A stretch of DNA of 64,000 nt from Anthoceros angustus (GCA_010909165.1 MU008214.1:186001-250000), one strand, 5' to 3'. Shown: positions 24,279 to 36,000, counted from the stretch's first letter. The notes: generated from the letters alone by a model not told the origin. Made by a program: numbers and translations.

Positions 24279-24386
24279 AAAGTCCAAGCCACCTCGTCAC
24301 AAAGTCCAAGCCACCTCGTCACAAAGTCCAAGCCACCTCGTCACAAAGTCCAAGCCACCTCGTCACAAAGTCCAAGCCACCTCGTC
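24279..24386. repeat. 22-bp tandem repeat AAAGTCCAAGCCACCTCGTCAC x~5
   Basis: Perfect copies start at 24279, 24301, 24323, 24345 and 24367. Confidence 0.95.
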
Positions 24387-24562
24387 CCCGGGATTGAACG
24401 TGAGGCTCTCCATGGGAAGCCGATAGGCAAGGCGAACGTCGTCATGAAGGTGGCTCACAAGACGCTGAAAAAGGTGGGTTCCCTAGAAAACATGCTTCGT
24501 ATAAGAAGAAGAAGAAGAAGAATTTTATTTAAGTCCACTAAGGACATATGATCCGACTGCAA

Positions 24563-24856
24563 ACGCAACCACTCGCGCGCTCGAGGACAGACACAGGAAA
24601 CAAGCGCAACCACTCGCGCGGAAACAAGCGCAACCACTCGCGCGGAAACAAGCGCAACCACTCGCGCGGAAACAAGCGCAACCACTGCGCGGAAACAAGC
24701 GCAACCACTGCGCGGAAACAAGCGCAACCACTCGCGCGGAAACAAGCGCAACCACTCGCGCGGAAACAAGCGCAACCACTCGCGCGGAAACAAGCGCAAC
24801 CACTCGCGCGGAAACAAGCGCAACCACTCGCGCGCTCGAGGACAGACACAGGAAAC
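24563..24856. repeat. 24-bp tandem repeat GAAACAAGCGCAACCACTCGCGCG x~11
   Basis: Directly visible; flanked on both sides by CTCGAGGACAGACACAGGAAAC. Explains the periodic WLRLFPRE / ASGCACFR ORFs. Confidence 0.95.
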
Positions 24857-25629
24857 CTAGGCCCGACAGGGCCGAAAACCCTCCACCCGGGCCCCGCCAC
24901 CTCGTCAGTCCCCGGCCCCGCCTTGGCGCAACCGGGCCCCACCGTGCCACACCCGGGCCCGTCCGTCGCGGCGCGCCCGCCGAGGCCGTGGGGCCCGAGC
25001 GTCCGCATAGGACGGGCCGTACCTGGGGGCCCGGGGGAACTAGCTAAAGCAGGCCGGAAAGGGCACGCAGTCCCGCGCCTGGTTTTCGATCCCAAATTTT
25101 GAGTCACGTATCACGTCTCAAGACCTCCCACCTCTCACTCGTTTCAGCGTTTTGTTGCCGACACTCTCCCCCCGGTTCAATGAGGCTGTTTAAGTCTGTT
25201 TGGGATTTGCCAAGCATGGTAGGAAGCAGGTGGATGAGGTGGCCAGGCTAAGAATTTTAGCTTATTGGTCCAGAAATGAGGGAGAAATAACGATTTTTCA
25301 GTCGGAACGACTAAATTCGAGTCGTTCCGTCGTGGTGGGGTTAACGAGACGCAGGCGAGATCCTCGAGCAGGGAGCCTGGACAAAAGCTTTGTAGTGTAC
25401 GGAGGCATGCAGGAGTGTGGCTCTCCTGCAACATAATACTTTCTGTAGGCCGCCCAATGGTGACGTGCCTTTGTATCGATCTCCGGTGAGCTTCATCCTG
25501 AGCCCTTCAATCGGATGCCGTTGGCTGGTATGGATTACCTGAAGGCTATACTAGTATTTCAGGAGTGCAAGACGTACAGCAGATGGGAATCTCGGGTCTT
25601 GCTTTTGTGTGAAAGGCTAGCCCAGTTTT

Positions 25630-26205
25630 TAGGAGTGCGTGGTGCACAGAGTTGATTCCAGGAAGTAGTCACCCAGGTGGAGCTTTGGCAGGATGGACAA
25701 TTCTGAATCCGAGGACGAGGCACCTGAGTCCTGATGGACGGGGGGAATCGAGGCAAGCTTGTCGGATCCCTGTGCAACCGCTTTGGATCTGGGTTGTGGT
25801 GCCAGCAGTTTACAGGAATACTAGTGCGTGGTGCAGAGTAACTCAGATTCCAGGAAATGGGCACCCTGAAGGAAGAGCTTCGATCGGAAGGTTGGCCATT
25901 TGGACCTAAGACGAGGAACCGGAGTCCTGACGGACGGTGGGGAATCGGGACAGGCTTGTTGGATCCCTCGGCAACCGCTTTGGATCTGGGTTGTGGTGCC
26001 AGCAGTTTATAGGAGTGCGTGGTGCAGAGTAACTCAGATTCCAGGAAATGGGCACCCTGGAGGCAGAGCTCCGGAAGTATGGGCAATTGCAATTCGGAAT
26101 CCGAAGACGAGGAACCTGAGTCCGGACGTACGGACGGGAGGGAGGCAAGCTTGTCGGATCCCTCGGCAGCCGCTTCGGATCTGGGTTATGGTGCCTGGAG
26201 CCTGC
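25630..26205. repeat. ~200-bp tandem repeat x3 upstream of the P450
   Basis: AGTGCGTGGTGCA(C/G)AG..GACGAGG(C/A)ACC..GGATCCCT..GGATCTGGGTT(G/A)TGGTGCC recurs three times. Confidence 0.8.
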
Positions 26206-26359
26206 GGCTGGTGGATCCGGATCCGAAGTTTACTGCGCGTACAAGAGCCTGCGGGAGCCAGGCAATGTGCAGGGAGGCAGGCTCAGCCAGCTGAAGGCAG
26301 CAGCCATACGTTCCAATTCAACAATTCCGACTGCAGGAAGGTCTGCTAAGCAGCAAGCG

Positions 26360-28261
26360 ATGACAATGGTGGAGGAAGTGACAATGGCCGTGGTGGTGGT
26401 GCTGGCAGCGCTGCCCCTGTGGTTGCTGTGGTGCAGGAGCGTGAGGCTGTGGGGGAAGAAGCTGCCGCCGGGATCCCTGGGCTGGCCGCTCATCGGTGAG
26501 ACGCTGCAGCTGCGCAGATGCCTGCTGGCCGGGGACGCGGACGCCTTCTGCCGCCAGCGCCGCAAGCAGCACGGCAGCGTGTACAAGACGCACCTCTTCG
26601 GCAGCCCGTGCGTGATGGTGAGCGGGGCCGACGCGGTGAAGCTCCTGGCCACGTCCGAGGACTCGCTGGTGGAGTCCAACCAGCTGCTGTCCATCCGCAG
26701 GCTGCTGGGCAAGGAGTCCATCGCCAACGTGGTGGGCCACAAGCACAAGCTCTTCCGCCGCGTGCTCAACGACAAGTTCATGGGCGACGAGCTCAAGAAG
26801 TTCCTGGGCCGGGTGGAGGCGGTGGCGCTGGAGCAGGTGTCAGCGTGGCGGCCCGGCCAGGTGCGCGCCATGGAGGAGGAGGCCACCCACTTCACCTACA
26901 ACATCATCGCCGGGCTGGCCGTGAGCTGGGGCCCCGGCCACCCGTTCCGCGAGCCCAGCTTGGAGCTGGCCAAGGTCATGGCCGCCTCCCTGGTGGAAGT
27001 GCCACTGGAGTGGCCCGGATTCCCCTTCCGCCGAGGCATGCAGGCCAGGCGCAGCCTGGACCGCATGTTCGCCACCGAAGTGAGCCAGCGCAGGAGCGGC
27101 CAGATTGTGCGAGACGACTTGCTCGCGGAAATGATGAGAGCCACAGATGCCTCCTCCCAGCTCCTCTTCACCGACGAGCAACTCAAGGACAACCTGCACA
27201 CGCTCGTCATGGGCGGCCACGACACCAGCACCAACACCCTCACCTGGATCGCCAAGCTCCTCTCCGAGAACCCACATTGCTACCATCGATTGCTGGTGAG
27301 CTCTGCGCAGCTGTGGCACATTCCAACAAAAACAAAAGCTTAGGTCGTTCCTCGTCTCACGACTCACTCACTGAATTGCATTGCAGGGCGAACATGAGGA
27401 AATCAGGAGCAGCAAGGTTGCAGGCCAGCCGCTGCAATGGGAAGATGTGAAGAAGATGACTTACACCACCACCGTGCGCATCCGACCTAACCTTCTGTGA
27501 ACTTGTCTACAACCTGGAATTACTACCTAGAGATTTCCTTGACAACAACAACACCATCATCTGCCTGCAGGTGATCCAGGAGGCTCTTCGGATATCAAGT
27601 ATAGTTTTCTTCTTCCAAAGACGGGTGAAACAAGACTTCAAGCTGAATGGTGATCAGCCCTGAATCTCTTCATCTACTGTCCTTTTGCAACCAGCAGCGT
27701 AGGAGTTCAAAAACGAACGTTGTGGGCTTGGCTTTTTCTTCCAGGATACGACATTCCCCAGGGCTGGAACGTGGTTGTTGACACTCATGAGCTGCATCAC
27801 GACGCCCAGAACTATCTGAATCCAAACACATTCGATCCGACTCGCTTTGATGTTAGTCTGAATTTGACGAGTTTCTTCCTTTGGAGCATGAAATGCGTGT
27901 TATTATGCTACTAATGGATGAGTTTGTGAAAACGGAGCAGAAGCGGCCCAAGCCTCACACCTTCATGCCGTTCGGGGTGGGGCCAAGGATGTGCCTCGGG
28001 AAGGATATGGCCATGCTGCAGATGTGCATCTTCCTGCATCACATGGTGCTCAACTGCAAGTGCGTACTGACCTTGTTGCTCCTCTGGAAAACGTTACCGA
28101 CCGCACTGCAATCTTGGCTGATTCTGCTGCTAATCAAATGTTTGTCCAGCAGATGGACAGTCACTCATAACGACAACCTCCGAGAATATCGTGGCGGACC
28201 GCACATCAAGAACGGCGTGCCGTTCAGAGTGGATGCCGTCACAAAAACCACTTACTTGTAA
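26360..28261 (+). CDS. Cytochrome P450, CYP85 clan (CYP716-like); 6 exons
   Basis: Exons 26360-27295, 27387-27473, 27571-27649, 27745-27851, 27941-28059, 28153-28261, all GT-AG. N-terminal membrane anchor, LPPGSLGWPLIGETL, I-helix GGHDTS, EALR, FDPTRF, heme motif FGVGPRMCLG. Confidence 0.93.
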
Positions 28262-28372
28262 AGCCCCTGCGTGTTGCCACCACATGAACCGCATTCCAGC
28301 ATTTCTTGTACGTTTCCACAATACATACAGAGAAGTGAGGATCTGTTCATTTCATACAACAGCCTTGGGATC

Positions 28373-29949
28373 CTACAACAACGGTGTTGGACTGTGGCGG
28401 CGGAAAGACACTGTGCGGGAATGCCTGGTTGTCGACCAACGCTCGTCTGTCCGGCAAACTTGGTACTGACTCAAGTCAGTCAGCTCAACTCCTACCCACC
28501 CTTCCAAACTCCACCTTCTCCAGCCGGAAACTCTTGCTGGATTGTTGCTAGGCACATCCTGTTCCAAGAGAAATAGCAAGCTTCCCAATCTATCATTAAA
28601 AATGAAGTGTTGCTGTATACATAGACTTCTTCCACAGTCCCGGGCACAGCATGCTTCACTTTGCTGAATGACATGTTGATATTACCTTGTCCTCAGTGTG
28701 AGGGTCCTCATCATCACTAGTTTCTGGGGATGGATGCAGGCCCCAAGTGAAAATCGGATGCCCACAAATACCACCGTCCTGCAACACTCCAAAACATGTT
28801 GGCAGCATCAGTTGCCAGCTGCTTAGTTCAGTATAAATGGGGAATAGACCAAACCAAGACAATATCTGCAACTTCATCTTTGTCCATGGCAGTCACTCGC
28901 ACCGCTTCTCCTATGAGGATATACTCTAGGACGGAACCAGTGGCCCGCATATGGGAAGTCCAGTCCACTAGCATTGGCTGCCGCAGTACATCACAAAAGC
29001 CATGAGAGACTGGGTTGATGATTCGGGGGACCTCAAACTCCAGAGTAGAGAACAAGGTTACCATCCATGAAGCAATGACCATTTGAGGCTTGGCCCTCGT
29101 GATGGCCTCTGTGGCTTCCTCTTTCCTGACTGTTGCACCCTCCAGGCCCCTCGACCCACTATCTGTCGCCGTCAAGTGAATGGCTGCAGCACATGTGTCC
29201 TTGAAGACCACGAACTTGGTGAGGCTGACAAGCCCAAACAGACAGTATTGAACAAGCAAAACGAAAGGCCCTTGTTTACAAAGTAATGGGACCACTGCAA
29301 GCGAAAGGAAAAGGGACAAGTGAGTACGAATTACTGCTTTCTCCAGCTGACGGAGAAGCAACCCCAAGTGGTAGTTTAGACGACCGCTGCCTGCTCCAAC
29401 CTAGCACAAACCTCGAGAGCATGCACCTCATTGCTTGGAAAAGGGATTGAAGGAGGACGATGATGGAATCCCAAATTGCTTCCTTTGGCAAGTACCTCCA
29501 GCACCTCCATCACGGAGAGCCCATAGATCTTTGCCCTGCTCCTGCCAGACAAAAGGGAAACGAATGCAGTGCAGGTGATGAAGGCAAAGAGAGCAACATG
29601 CATTCAAACAGAGGGTAGGAAGCAAACCTTATATACTGCGCCAGCCCTAGCAGATGCTCTCGAGTGAAGACTTCGTATTGTGGGTCACCTGAGTAAGGCG
29701 CTTTAGCGCCCACAAATGAATGCCAATCAGAGCAGCCATGACAATCGCAGCGTAGCGAGCCCCCTTCACCGATCTGAGCACGATAAAGGAGGTCAGCAAC
29801 CGGGAACTCAGGCAGCAACAGGTGCACCGACCACGTAGTCCCATCATCTAACCACCGACCTGGATATCACATGCTGGAGAACCAATGCCGAAGAGGGAGA
29901 AGCGGCGCACAAGGTCATCGTAGGACGGCAGAGGTTGGAAGGGGTCCAT
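28373..29949 (-). CDS. Class I SAM-dependent methyltransferase-like protein of unknown function; 8 exons
   Basis: Splicing at GT-AG gives one open frame: MDPFQPLPSYDDLVRRF..|..PQYEVFTREHLLGLAQYIR|..VLE|VGAGSGRL..|..LTATDSG..VIASWM|PMLVDWT..EYILIGEA|DGGICG..TWG..|..LSQYQVCRTD..SRTVSFRR..stop. Motif I ExGxGxG is split by an intron. Confidence 0.8.
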
Positions 29950-31958
29950 GGTGTCCCACAGACGAAAGAATCGTTTGGCGACAAAACTGTAGGGACGAAC
30001 ACTACGGACAAGTTGCAGAAGTGCTCGACAGATTCATATCGCCCAAGCTGGTGACTAATTTAGAGCCATGCAGCAGCACTGACAGTAGCACCGCAGTGCA
30101 GGACAGTACACTGACAAGTGCAGGGCGGTGCAGCAGGGCAGGGCACCCTGACCGAAATGACAAGTGGTGTTATGTTCTCCAGCTGCAGGACTCAGGATGC
30201 CTTTGATCGTGTTAACCCTAGACTACATTTTAGTCGCGCAGACCATGTGCATAGCAAAGAGGAGCTCCTGTTCAAAGGCTGCATACATTCTGGTTGTTGG
30301 TTGGTAGGTGGAAGGACAGGGGCGGTGGGCCGTTAGATTAATGGATAGCATGATAGGGTAATGACTGCGCAAGGAATCCAAATCCAGCATCTCTCAGCTG
30401 CCTCTCGCAGGATCTCTCACCTGGGCTGTCTGTCGGAAGGTGGGTTGCAAGCAGCACATGCCATGGGTGCAGTCTTCGCAGTAGCAGTATGTACCTTTCT
30501 GGGTGTACTAGTGCTCCACTAATGAGAATTGAGAATCGGGATCCACAACCGTGAAGGTAATCTCCCACAGGCAGATGTTTCATGCGCAATGGTCAAACCC
30601 AGCACGAAACACGAATACTGGGCAACCTTGGACGGTGGGCCTAGCTTTGTGATTATGTAAGTGGCAACAGAAATTGGAGGCCAGCCCAACGCTGGGCCCA
30701 GCTTGCAAGCAACAGGACAGCTCTGCCTGACACCATTCTTATTTCCTCACCTTACTTGTGTCTTGACAAATGTGCATACTGTTGCTTACGAGCTTGCAAG
30801 TTGCAAGCTTGACTTGCTATGCTGCACCGGTTGTTGCAGCACCAACCAGGGGGGAAGGACTTGGAGAGAGCAGTAGCATTCCCGTGATCAAGCAGGAGTG
30901 GATCCAACCGTCCTCGCTACTGACACTCTCGAAAAGTACCCTCCGAGTTAAGTACCACAACCTTTCAGCTGTCACTTCGAGTGGCGTCACATCGGCAGCT
31001 GTGTGCATCTTCATCGGAAGCAGCACCTCTGCTGAGGCTTTCATCCTCCAACGCTGCTTGCTTTGCGCGGGCCAGGTGATGTACAGGCTACACCCGTCAT
31101 GATCTGGCCATGCATGACATCACTTCCTCCGAAGCCTCTAGATCTGGCACCCCGGAGCACCATTGCTGAGAGAGAGGCTGGCAGCTCCGGCTGGCAGGCT
31201 GGTCCAGGCCCAGGAGTACTTAGTACTCAGGAGACCAGTCTCTGTGGATGAGCGCAGACTGCCCACAAGTCATCTTTGAGCTGGCTCTCTCTTTGGCTGG
31301 GACGGACATCATCCACACGGCCTCCGTTTGCGTGTAGTAAACCCTGATGCATCATTTGTGCGGAGCTCTCCCAGGACCCTATCTCTTTTCCCCTCCAAGG
31401 ACCCTGACAGGACTTGGACCCTACATCGAGCCCCTTTCTCCGTCTTCGCTGACAGGACTTTCTCCCTAGTAGCATACTACTACTGAAAGGCGTGCAAAGC
31501 GGAGAATGTGTGGGCAGCTCTTGACAGCCCCCATAGTCTACCTGTATCGTTCACTGATTTCCAGAGCGTTGAGGCGATGCGTACAGTTTTCCGGAGAAAA
31601 GTGAAACCGAACGTCAGGTGGCACGAAATTTTGCGAGCTCCAGACCTTTCCAGCATCATGCAATCACGACCTGCACTTGACCACAACCAAGGTCTGTCCT
31701 CGGGGATCACGAACCTATGATGGGTTTGCTCTGGCCCTTGTCGTGAAACAGTCACGGTGTGGATGCAGTGTCGGGCGGCCCTCACCCTGTGTGTATTGCT
31801 CTCCAGCTTGTCCAGGAGCGAAATTGCTGCATCCCCTTGTCTCACATTGCATCTATTTGCTGCTGCTGATGAGCCTGCTGGTGGAGTGTGGGAATCTGTG
31901 GAGGAGGAGTGAGAACACGAGGAGTGCACCACCTTTGTGAGGCAAGGTGAACAGGACC

Positions 31959-34001
31959 ATGATGGTGAAGGTACAAAAGAAAAGGCAGGCATTCCCCAGC
32001 AGCTGGTGCACCTGGATGGTGGCATTTGTATGCTGCTGCAGCGTGCAAGTTGCCAGGGTGAGCCCGGACCCGATTCCAGCACCGGACTTCGCAACCTGCG
32101 AGGATGATCCCACCATTCCCAAGTGCTGCCCTCCCGTGCCCCCGAACGGGAGCGGGAGCAGCAAGCGTTTCGTCAATCCCACAGCGTCCACGCTGCCGCT
32201 GCGCACCCGGATGCCAGCCCACCAGCTCGATTCCGCAACGGTCGCCAAGCTCAACCGGGCGTACAAGCTCATGCGGGCCCTGCCCTCCACCGATCCCCGC
32301 AGCTTAGAGCAGCAGCGCAGGATGCACTGCGCCTACTGCTGCGCGCTCTTTCCGCAGGTGTGGGATGTGGATTACGCCGGGGACAGCATCCCCGCGGCCC
32401 TGCAAATCCATTTCGGCTGGCTTCTCTTCCCCTGGCATCGCTGGTTCCTCTACTTCCACGAGCGGATTCTGGCGTCCCTGGTGGGCGACAACACTCTGGC
32501 TCTGCCATTCTGGAATTGGAGCAACCAGGCCCAATCCCAGTCCCAGTCCCCCGCTGCTATGCCCGCCGCCTACCAGACCCCAGGATCCAGCCTGTACGAT
32601 GCCAAGAGGAGCCCGGCTCACCAGCCTCCTGCAATCGCCAACCTCACTTTCAATGCAGGCAAGCGACCCATCAAAGCGCAGATCAACACCCCGCAGCTCG
32701 TCCAGGAAAATTTGAATCTCATGCACCAGGTACGATTAGGTAGTCTCCGATGCAAGCTTTGCAATGCCATCCGAGCTCCAATCTCTCTAATCTCCCTTCC
32801 TGCGCAGATAATGGTGAGCGCGCCAACCACACGCGCCATTTTCTTCGGGCAGCCTTACCGGCTGGGGGCTCAGCTCCTGCCGGGCGCGGGTCCCGGGCAG
32901 GGAATTGTGGAGTCCACAGTGCACAACAGCATCCACGACTGGACGGGAAACGAGAAGAACCCAGACTATGAGGACATGGGAGCGTTCTTCGTCTCCGGAA
33001 TCGACCCCATTTTCTATGCCCATCACGGCGAGATTGATAGATTGTGGAACGTGTGGAAAAGCCTGGGAGGAAAGGACCTGGATGATCCAGATTATCTCAA
33101 CACCGAGTTCCTCTTCTACGATGAAACCGCCCAGCTGGTGAAGGTCACCGTGGGGCAGAGCTTGGACAGCGTCAGTCAGCTTCGATACACCTATCAATCC
33201 GTAAGCTTCGTTCCGCTTTTCCTGTCTCAAGACTCTGCAGGTCCAATCCGGCTAGATTCAGGAAAGCTAGCTCAAGGCACTGCATTTGCAATTGCACACT
33301 GGCTCTGGCTAGGTACTCACAAAGCCTGCAATTGCTTGCAGGTGGCTGCAGATGCCAACTGGCTCAACCATGCGGCTACCTCTTGCGCATCAGCTGGCGG
33401 TGCCGATCTCTCCGCTACATTATTGCAATCGGTGCCCATGTACAAGAAAAAGACGGTGAGAATCAACACAGACGCACCATTCACTGCTCGCTTTCAAAGG
33501 CCTGATCCAGCATCCACACAGCAGCTGTCAGGTATACCTCTAATGCTTCCCTTCGTAGCAATGTGCCCAACATCAACCCACTTCACACTTCACAGCTCTC
33601 CCCTCTCGTCCGCCTATCTGCACCTTCTAACAGTAGTGATATGTGCACCAGCAGATGATGGGCAGCAAGGAGGAGCATCTGCGGAGGTTCTCATCTTCGA
33701 TGGGGTCAAAGTGAACTGGAAGCAATCAGCCCAATTCAAGGTGTTCGTAAACCTGCCCACTGCATCTGCGGCCACGTCTGTAGCCTGTGCCGAGTTCCTG
33801 GGTATTTTCTCCAACATAGCCAACAACGCACCGGCGGACAGTGACAAGATTTCCTTCAGATTAGGGATAGGCAACAAGCTGAAGCAACTGAGAGCAGAGT
33901 CTTTGCTGGCTGTGGTGATCACTGTGGTTCCGGGAGTGCAGCATACTTCTGCATCTCCGATTGTCATCGACACGATCAGAGTGGCCTTCGAGCAAGTCTA
34001 A
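31959..34001 (+). CDS. PPO: Polyphenol oxidase (tyrosinase + DWL + KFDV domains) with a signal-peptide-like N-terminus; 4 exons
   Basis: CuA HCAYC..IHFGWLLFPWHRWFLYFHERIL, CuB HNSIHDWTG..DPIFYAHHGEIDRLW, DPDYLNTEFLFYDE, QFKVFVN..EFLG. Introns 32730-32807, 33201-33341 and 33532-33654 (GT-AG). Confidence 0.93.
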   Translation: MMVKVQKKRQAFPSSWCTWMVAFVCCCSVQVARVSPDPIPAPDFATCEDDPTIPKCCPPVPPNGSGSSKRFVNPTASTLPLRTRMPAHQLDSATVAKLNRAYKLMRALPSTDPRSLEQQRRMHCAYCCALFPQVWDVDYAGDSIPAALQIHFGWLLFPWHRWFLYFHERILASLVGDNTLALPFWNWSNQAQSQSQSPAAMPAAYQTPGSSLYDAKRSPAHQPPAIANLTFNAGKRPIKAQINTPQLVQENLNLMHQVRLGSLRCKLCNAIRAPISLISLPAQIMVSAPTTRAIFFGQPYRLGAQLLPGAGPGQGIVESTVHNSIHDWTGNEKNPDYEDMGAFFVSGIDPIFYAHHGEIDRLWNVWKSLGGKDLDDPDYLNTEFLFYDETAQLVKVTVGQSLDSVSQLRYTYQSVSFVPLFLSQDSAGPIRLDSGKLAQGTAFAIAHWLWLGTHKACNCLQVAADANWLNHAATSCASAGGADLSATLLQSVPMYKKKTVRINTDAPFTARFQRPDPASTQQLSGIPLMLPFVAMCPTSTHFTLHSSPLSSAYLHLLTVVICAPADDGQQGGASAEVLIFDGVKVNWKQSAQFKVFVNLPTASAATSVACAEFLGIFSNIANNAPADSDKISFRLGIGNKLKQLRAESLLAVVITVVPGVQHTSASPIVIDTIRVAFEQV

Positions 34002-34179
34002 CACCGCTTCCTTTGCCTCTACAGTCTAACATGACGGTTGTGGCTTTTGCTTCTTTCGACAGTACCATCATTAGTGCATACTGCATGGTGCATAGGGTAA
34101 CGGTCTAATAGTTGCTAGACCTAATAACTACCAAAACGGTCTCTGTCCTCCTACAAACACCTCTGTAGGCCAGTAAGGT

Positions 34180-34620
34180 TTTTTTATTGGGGGAAAAAAA
34201 TTGATGGGAAAAGCCCATCCGGCAGAAGACAACCAAGGGAGACCCTGAGGGTCGCGGAAGCAGGTACTACAGCTAGCTTTCTGCAGCAGCATCCGATTCG
34301 GGCATTACAATGGGTGGTGCCTGCACCAAGAGCAAGGACTACCGAGCTTACTGATAATTGCAGGGCATTTTGGCAAATATGAGAAGCCATCTGCAGTCAC
34401 GGTGCTTCATTCAGTTAGATTCGATGTCGTAGATAACTACTTTGCTGCCTTCTAATCAGCAGCTGATTAGAAGTGCTTCGCCTGATTTTCGACGAAACTG
34501 CCGCCGACTTGTAGTCTAGGGCTTCGCCAGGTTTACCCAAAGGGTTTTGCCGGAGCTCACATATTTTGGTTTTGCCTGGTCTCCTTAGGGGACGCTGTGA
34601 GCATCCCTGCTAGGTTTTCC
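34180..34620 (-). mobile_element. 5'-truncated, degenerate CRE-like non-LTR 3' end
   Basis: Shares the 3' tail (GATGGGAAAAGCCCATC hairpin, TTTTATTGGGGG) with the elements at 40220, 40900 and 42700. Remnant YLRHRI..ASHICQNA resembles their C-terminus. Confidence 0.6.
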
Positions 34621-34672
34621 CTTAAGGCGCTGCAGTGCCACAGCAGTCCTCTGAATTTGCGAGGCCCAGCGG

Positions 34673-34900
34673 GTGAGCGACTTGTTTGTTGGCACCTACC
34701 TGGTTGACATGCTTGGAAAAGGAGGGGAAACTGGAAGATGCACGCCGGAGCCCTGCACACTTGTGCATTTGGGTGCTCGAGCTGCATCCGATGTTCTGCC
34801 ACGAAAGGATGTAGTCACGCGGAATAGCATGATCGCCGGGTATGCTGATGGAGGGCGTGGTGAAGTAACCCTCGACCTGTGTGGAGCCATGGGGGCTCGG
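34673..34900 (+). pseudogene. PLS-class pentatricopeptide repeat fragment
   Basis: DLFVGTYLVDM..; KDVVTRNSMIAGYADGGRGEVTLDL..M resemble PPR consensus motifs; too short for a gene. Confidence 0.65.
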
Positions 34901-35059
34901 TGGGAGACACGGCAACACCGAGATAGGAAGACCCCACGACCTGGAATTTGCCTCAGCTAATGACTTTCTGCATGTATGCGCACACGCCTGATGGTGCTAC
35001 TTTACTTTCCTTCTAGCAGCATGCAGTCATGAGTGACTGGTCGGCGATGGACAGAAGTT

Positions 35060-36000
35060 GTAATTGGTAACGTACAGAAGGCTAGAACTGAAAGCAGCTG
35101 CGCAAACACATGTTGAGTTTCAGCTTGGCTGGTATGCGATAAGCTCTTTTCTTCTCTGCTACAGGACCATTCTAGGCAGATTAAGGTGCTGTCGTATTTG
35201 CAGCTGGGTCTGTCCTTTTCTTTTTGACACTGCTTGTATTGCCATCTCCAGGTTTTTGGACCCTATCTTTTGTGGTGACTACCACGTGGTCATGAGATCA
35301 CATGTCGGAGATCGTCTGCCTACATTCTCTAAAACTGAGTCGGACTTGCTGCGAGGCCCAATAGATTTCGTTGGCATGAACCACTACACCTCTGGCTGGG
35401 TGTCTGCTGGTGCATCACCAGCAATTTCACAGAACTCAGATATGCCCAAGATCAGTGGGTTGTTGTAACAGGTGGGAGTGCTATACCTTTTGTCTCAAGT
35501 TGGTTTTGGCACCAAAACAATGCTCAGTTGAATCGGTGAGCACTAGTGTTTACTAATATCGGTTGTTATGGATTACAGCTGTGCGTAATGGTGTTCCTAT
35601 TGGAGACAAGGTAAGAGTCATCATAAGACTCGCTAGGCGCATGCTCTGTGCCTCTTTACGGGGGAGGTGAGTGAAAAGCCGAGGATTTGCGAAACCTTCC
35701 TACCTGCCGAGAGGAACGAATTGCAGGCAGCATCGGACTGGCTATACATAGTTCCTTGGGGAGTACAAAGTGCTTGTCTCGTAGGTCTCCAATCGATACA
35801 ACAACCCTCCCATTTATATCACGGAGAACGGTGGGTAACTTTCTGCCCCAAAGCTAGCGCACTTTAAAATCTTCCAGCCGCTAAGACAGGACGACGATAG
35901 GTGTGGATGGCTCCAACGATCCAGCAGTACCACTGACGTAGGTACTAAAGGACACAGCGACTGCGCTACTACCATGGCTACCTGACCAATCTTCAAGCTT
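35060..36000 (+). pseudogene. GH1 beta-glucosidase C-terminal half (fragment with introns)
   Basis: FQLGW|FLDPIFCGDY..MRSHVGDRLPTFS..DFVGMNHYT|AVRNGVPIGDK|AASDWLYIVPWG..NPPIYITENG (nucleophile motif)..DDDR..YHGYL. N-terminal half absent; frameshifts present. Confidence 0.8.

Noticed and set aside
24279-24856. CRISPR-like arrays or repeat-protein ORFs (WLRLFPRE, ASGCACFR)
   Set aside because: Units are head-to-tail with no unique spacers and no cas genes; the ORFs are translation artefacts of minisatellites.
30000-31900. Short ORFs between the MTase-like gene and PPO
   Set aside because: No recognisable motifs or consistent exon chain; treated as divergent promoter or intergenic DNA.
34180-34620. 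SINE sharing a LINE tail
   Set aside because: No Pol III A/B boxes found, and the upstream part still shows LINE C-terminal coding remnants, so it is a truncated LINE. The 25-bp palindrome at 34449-34473 has no supported function.
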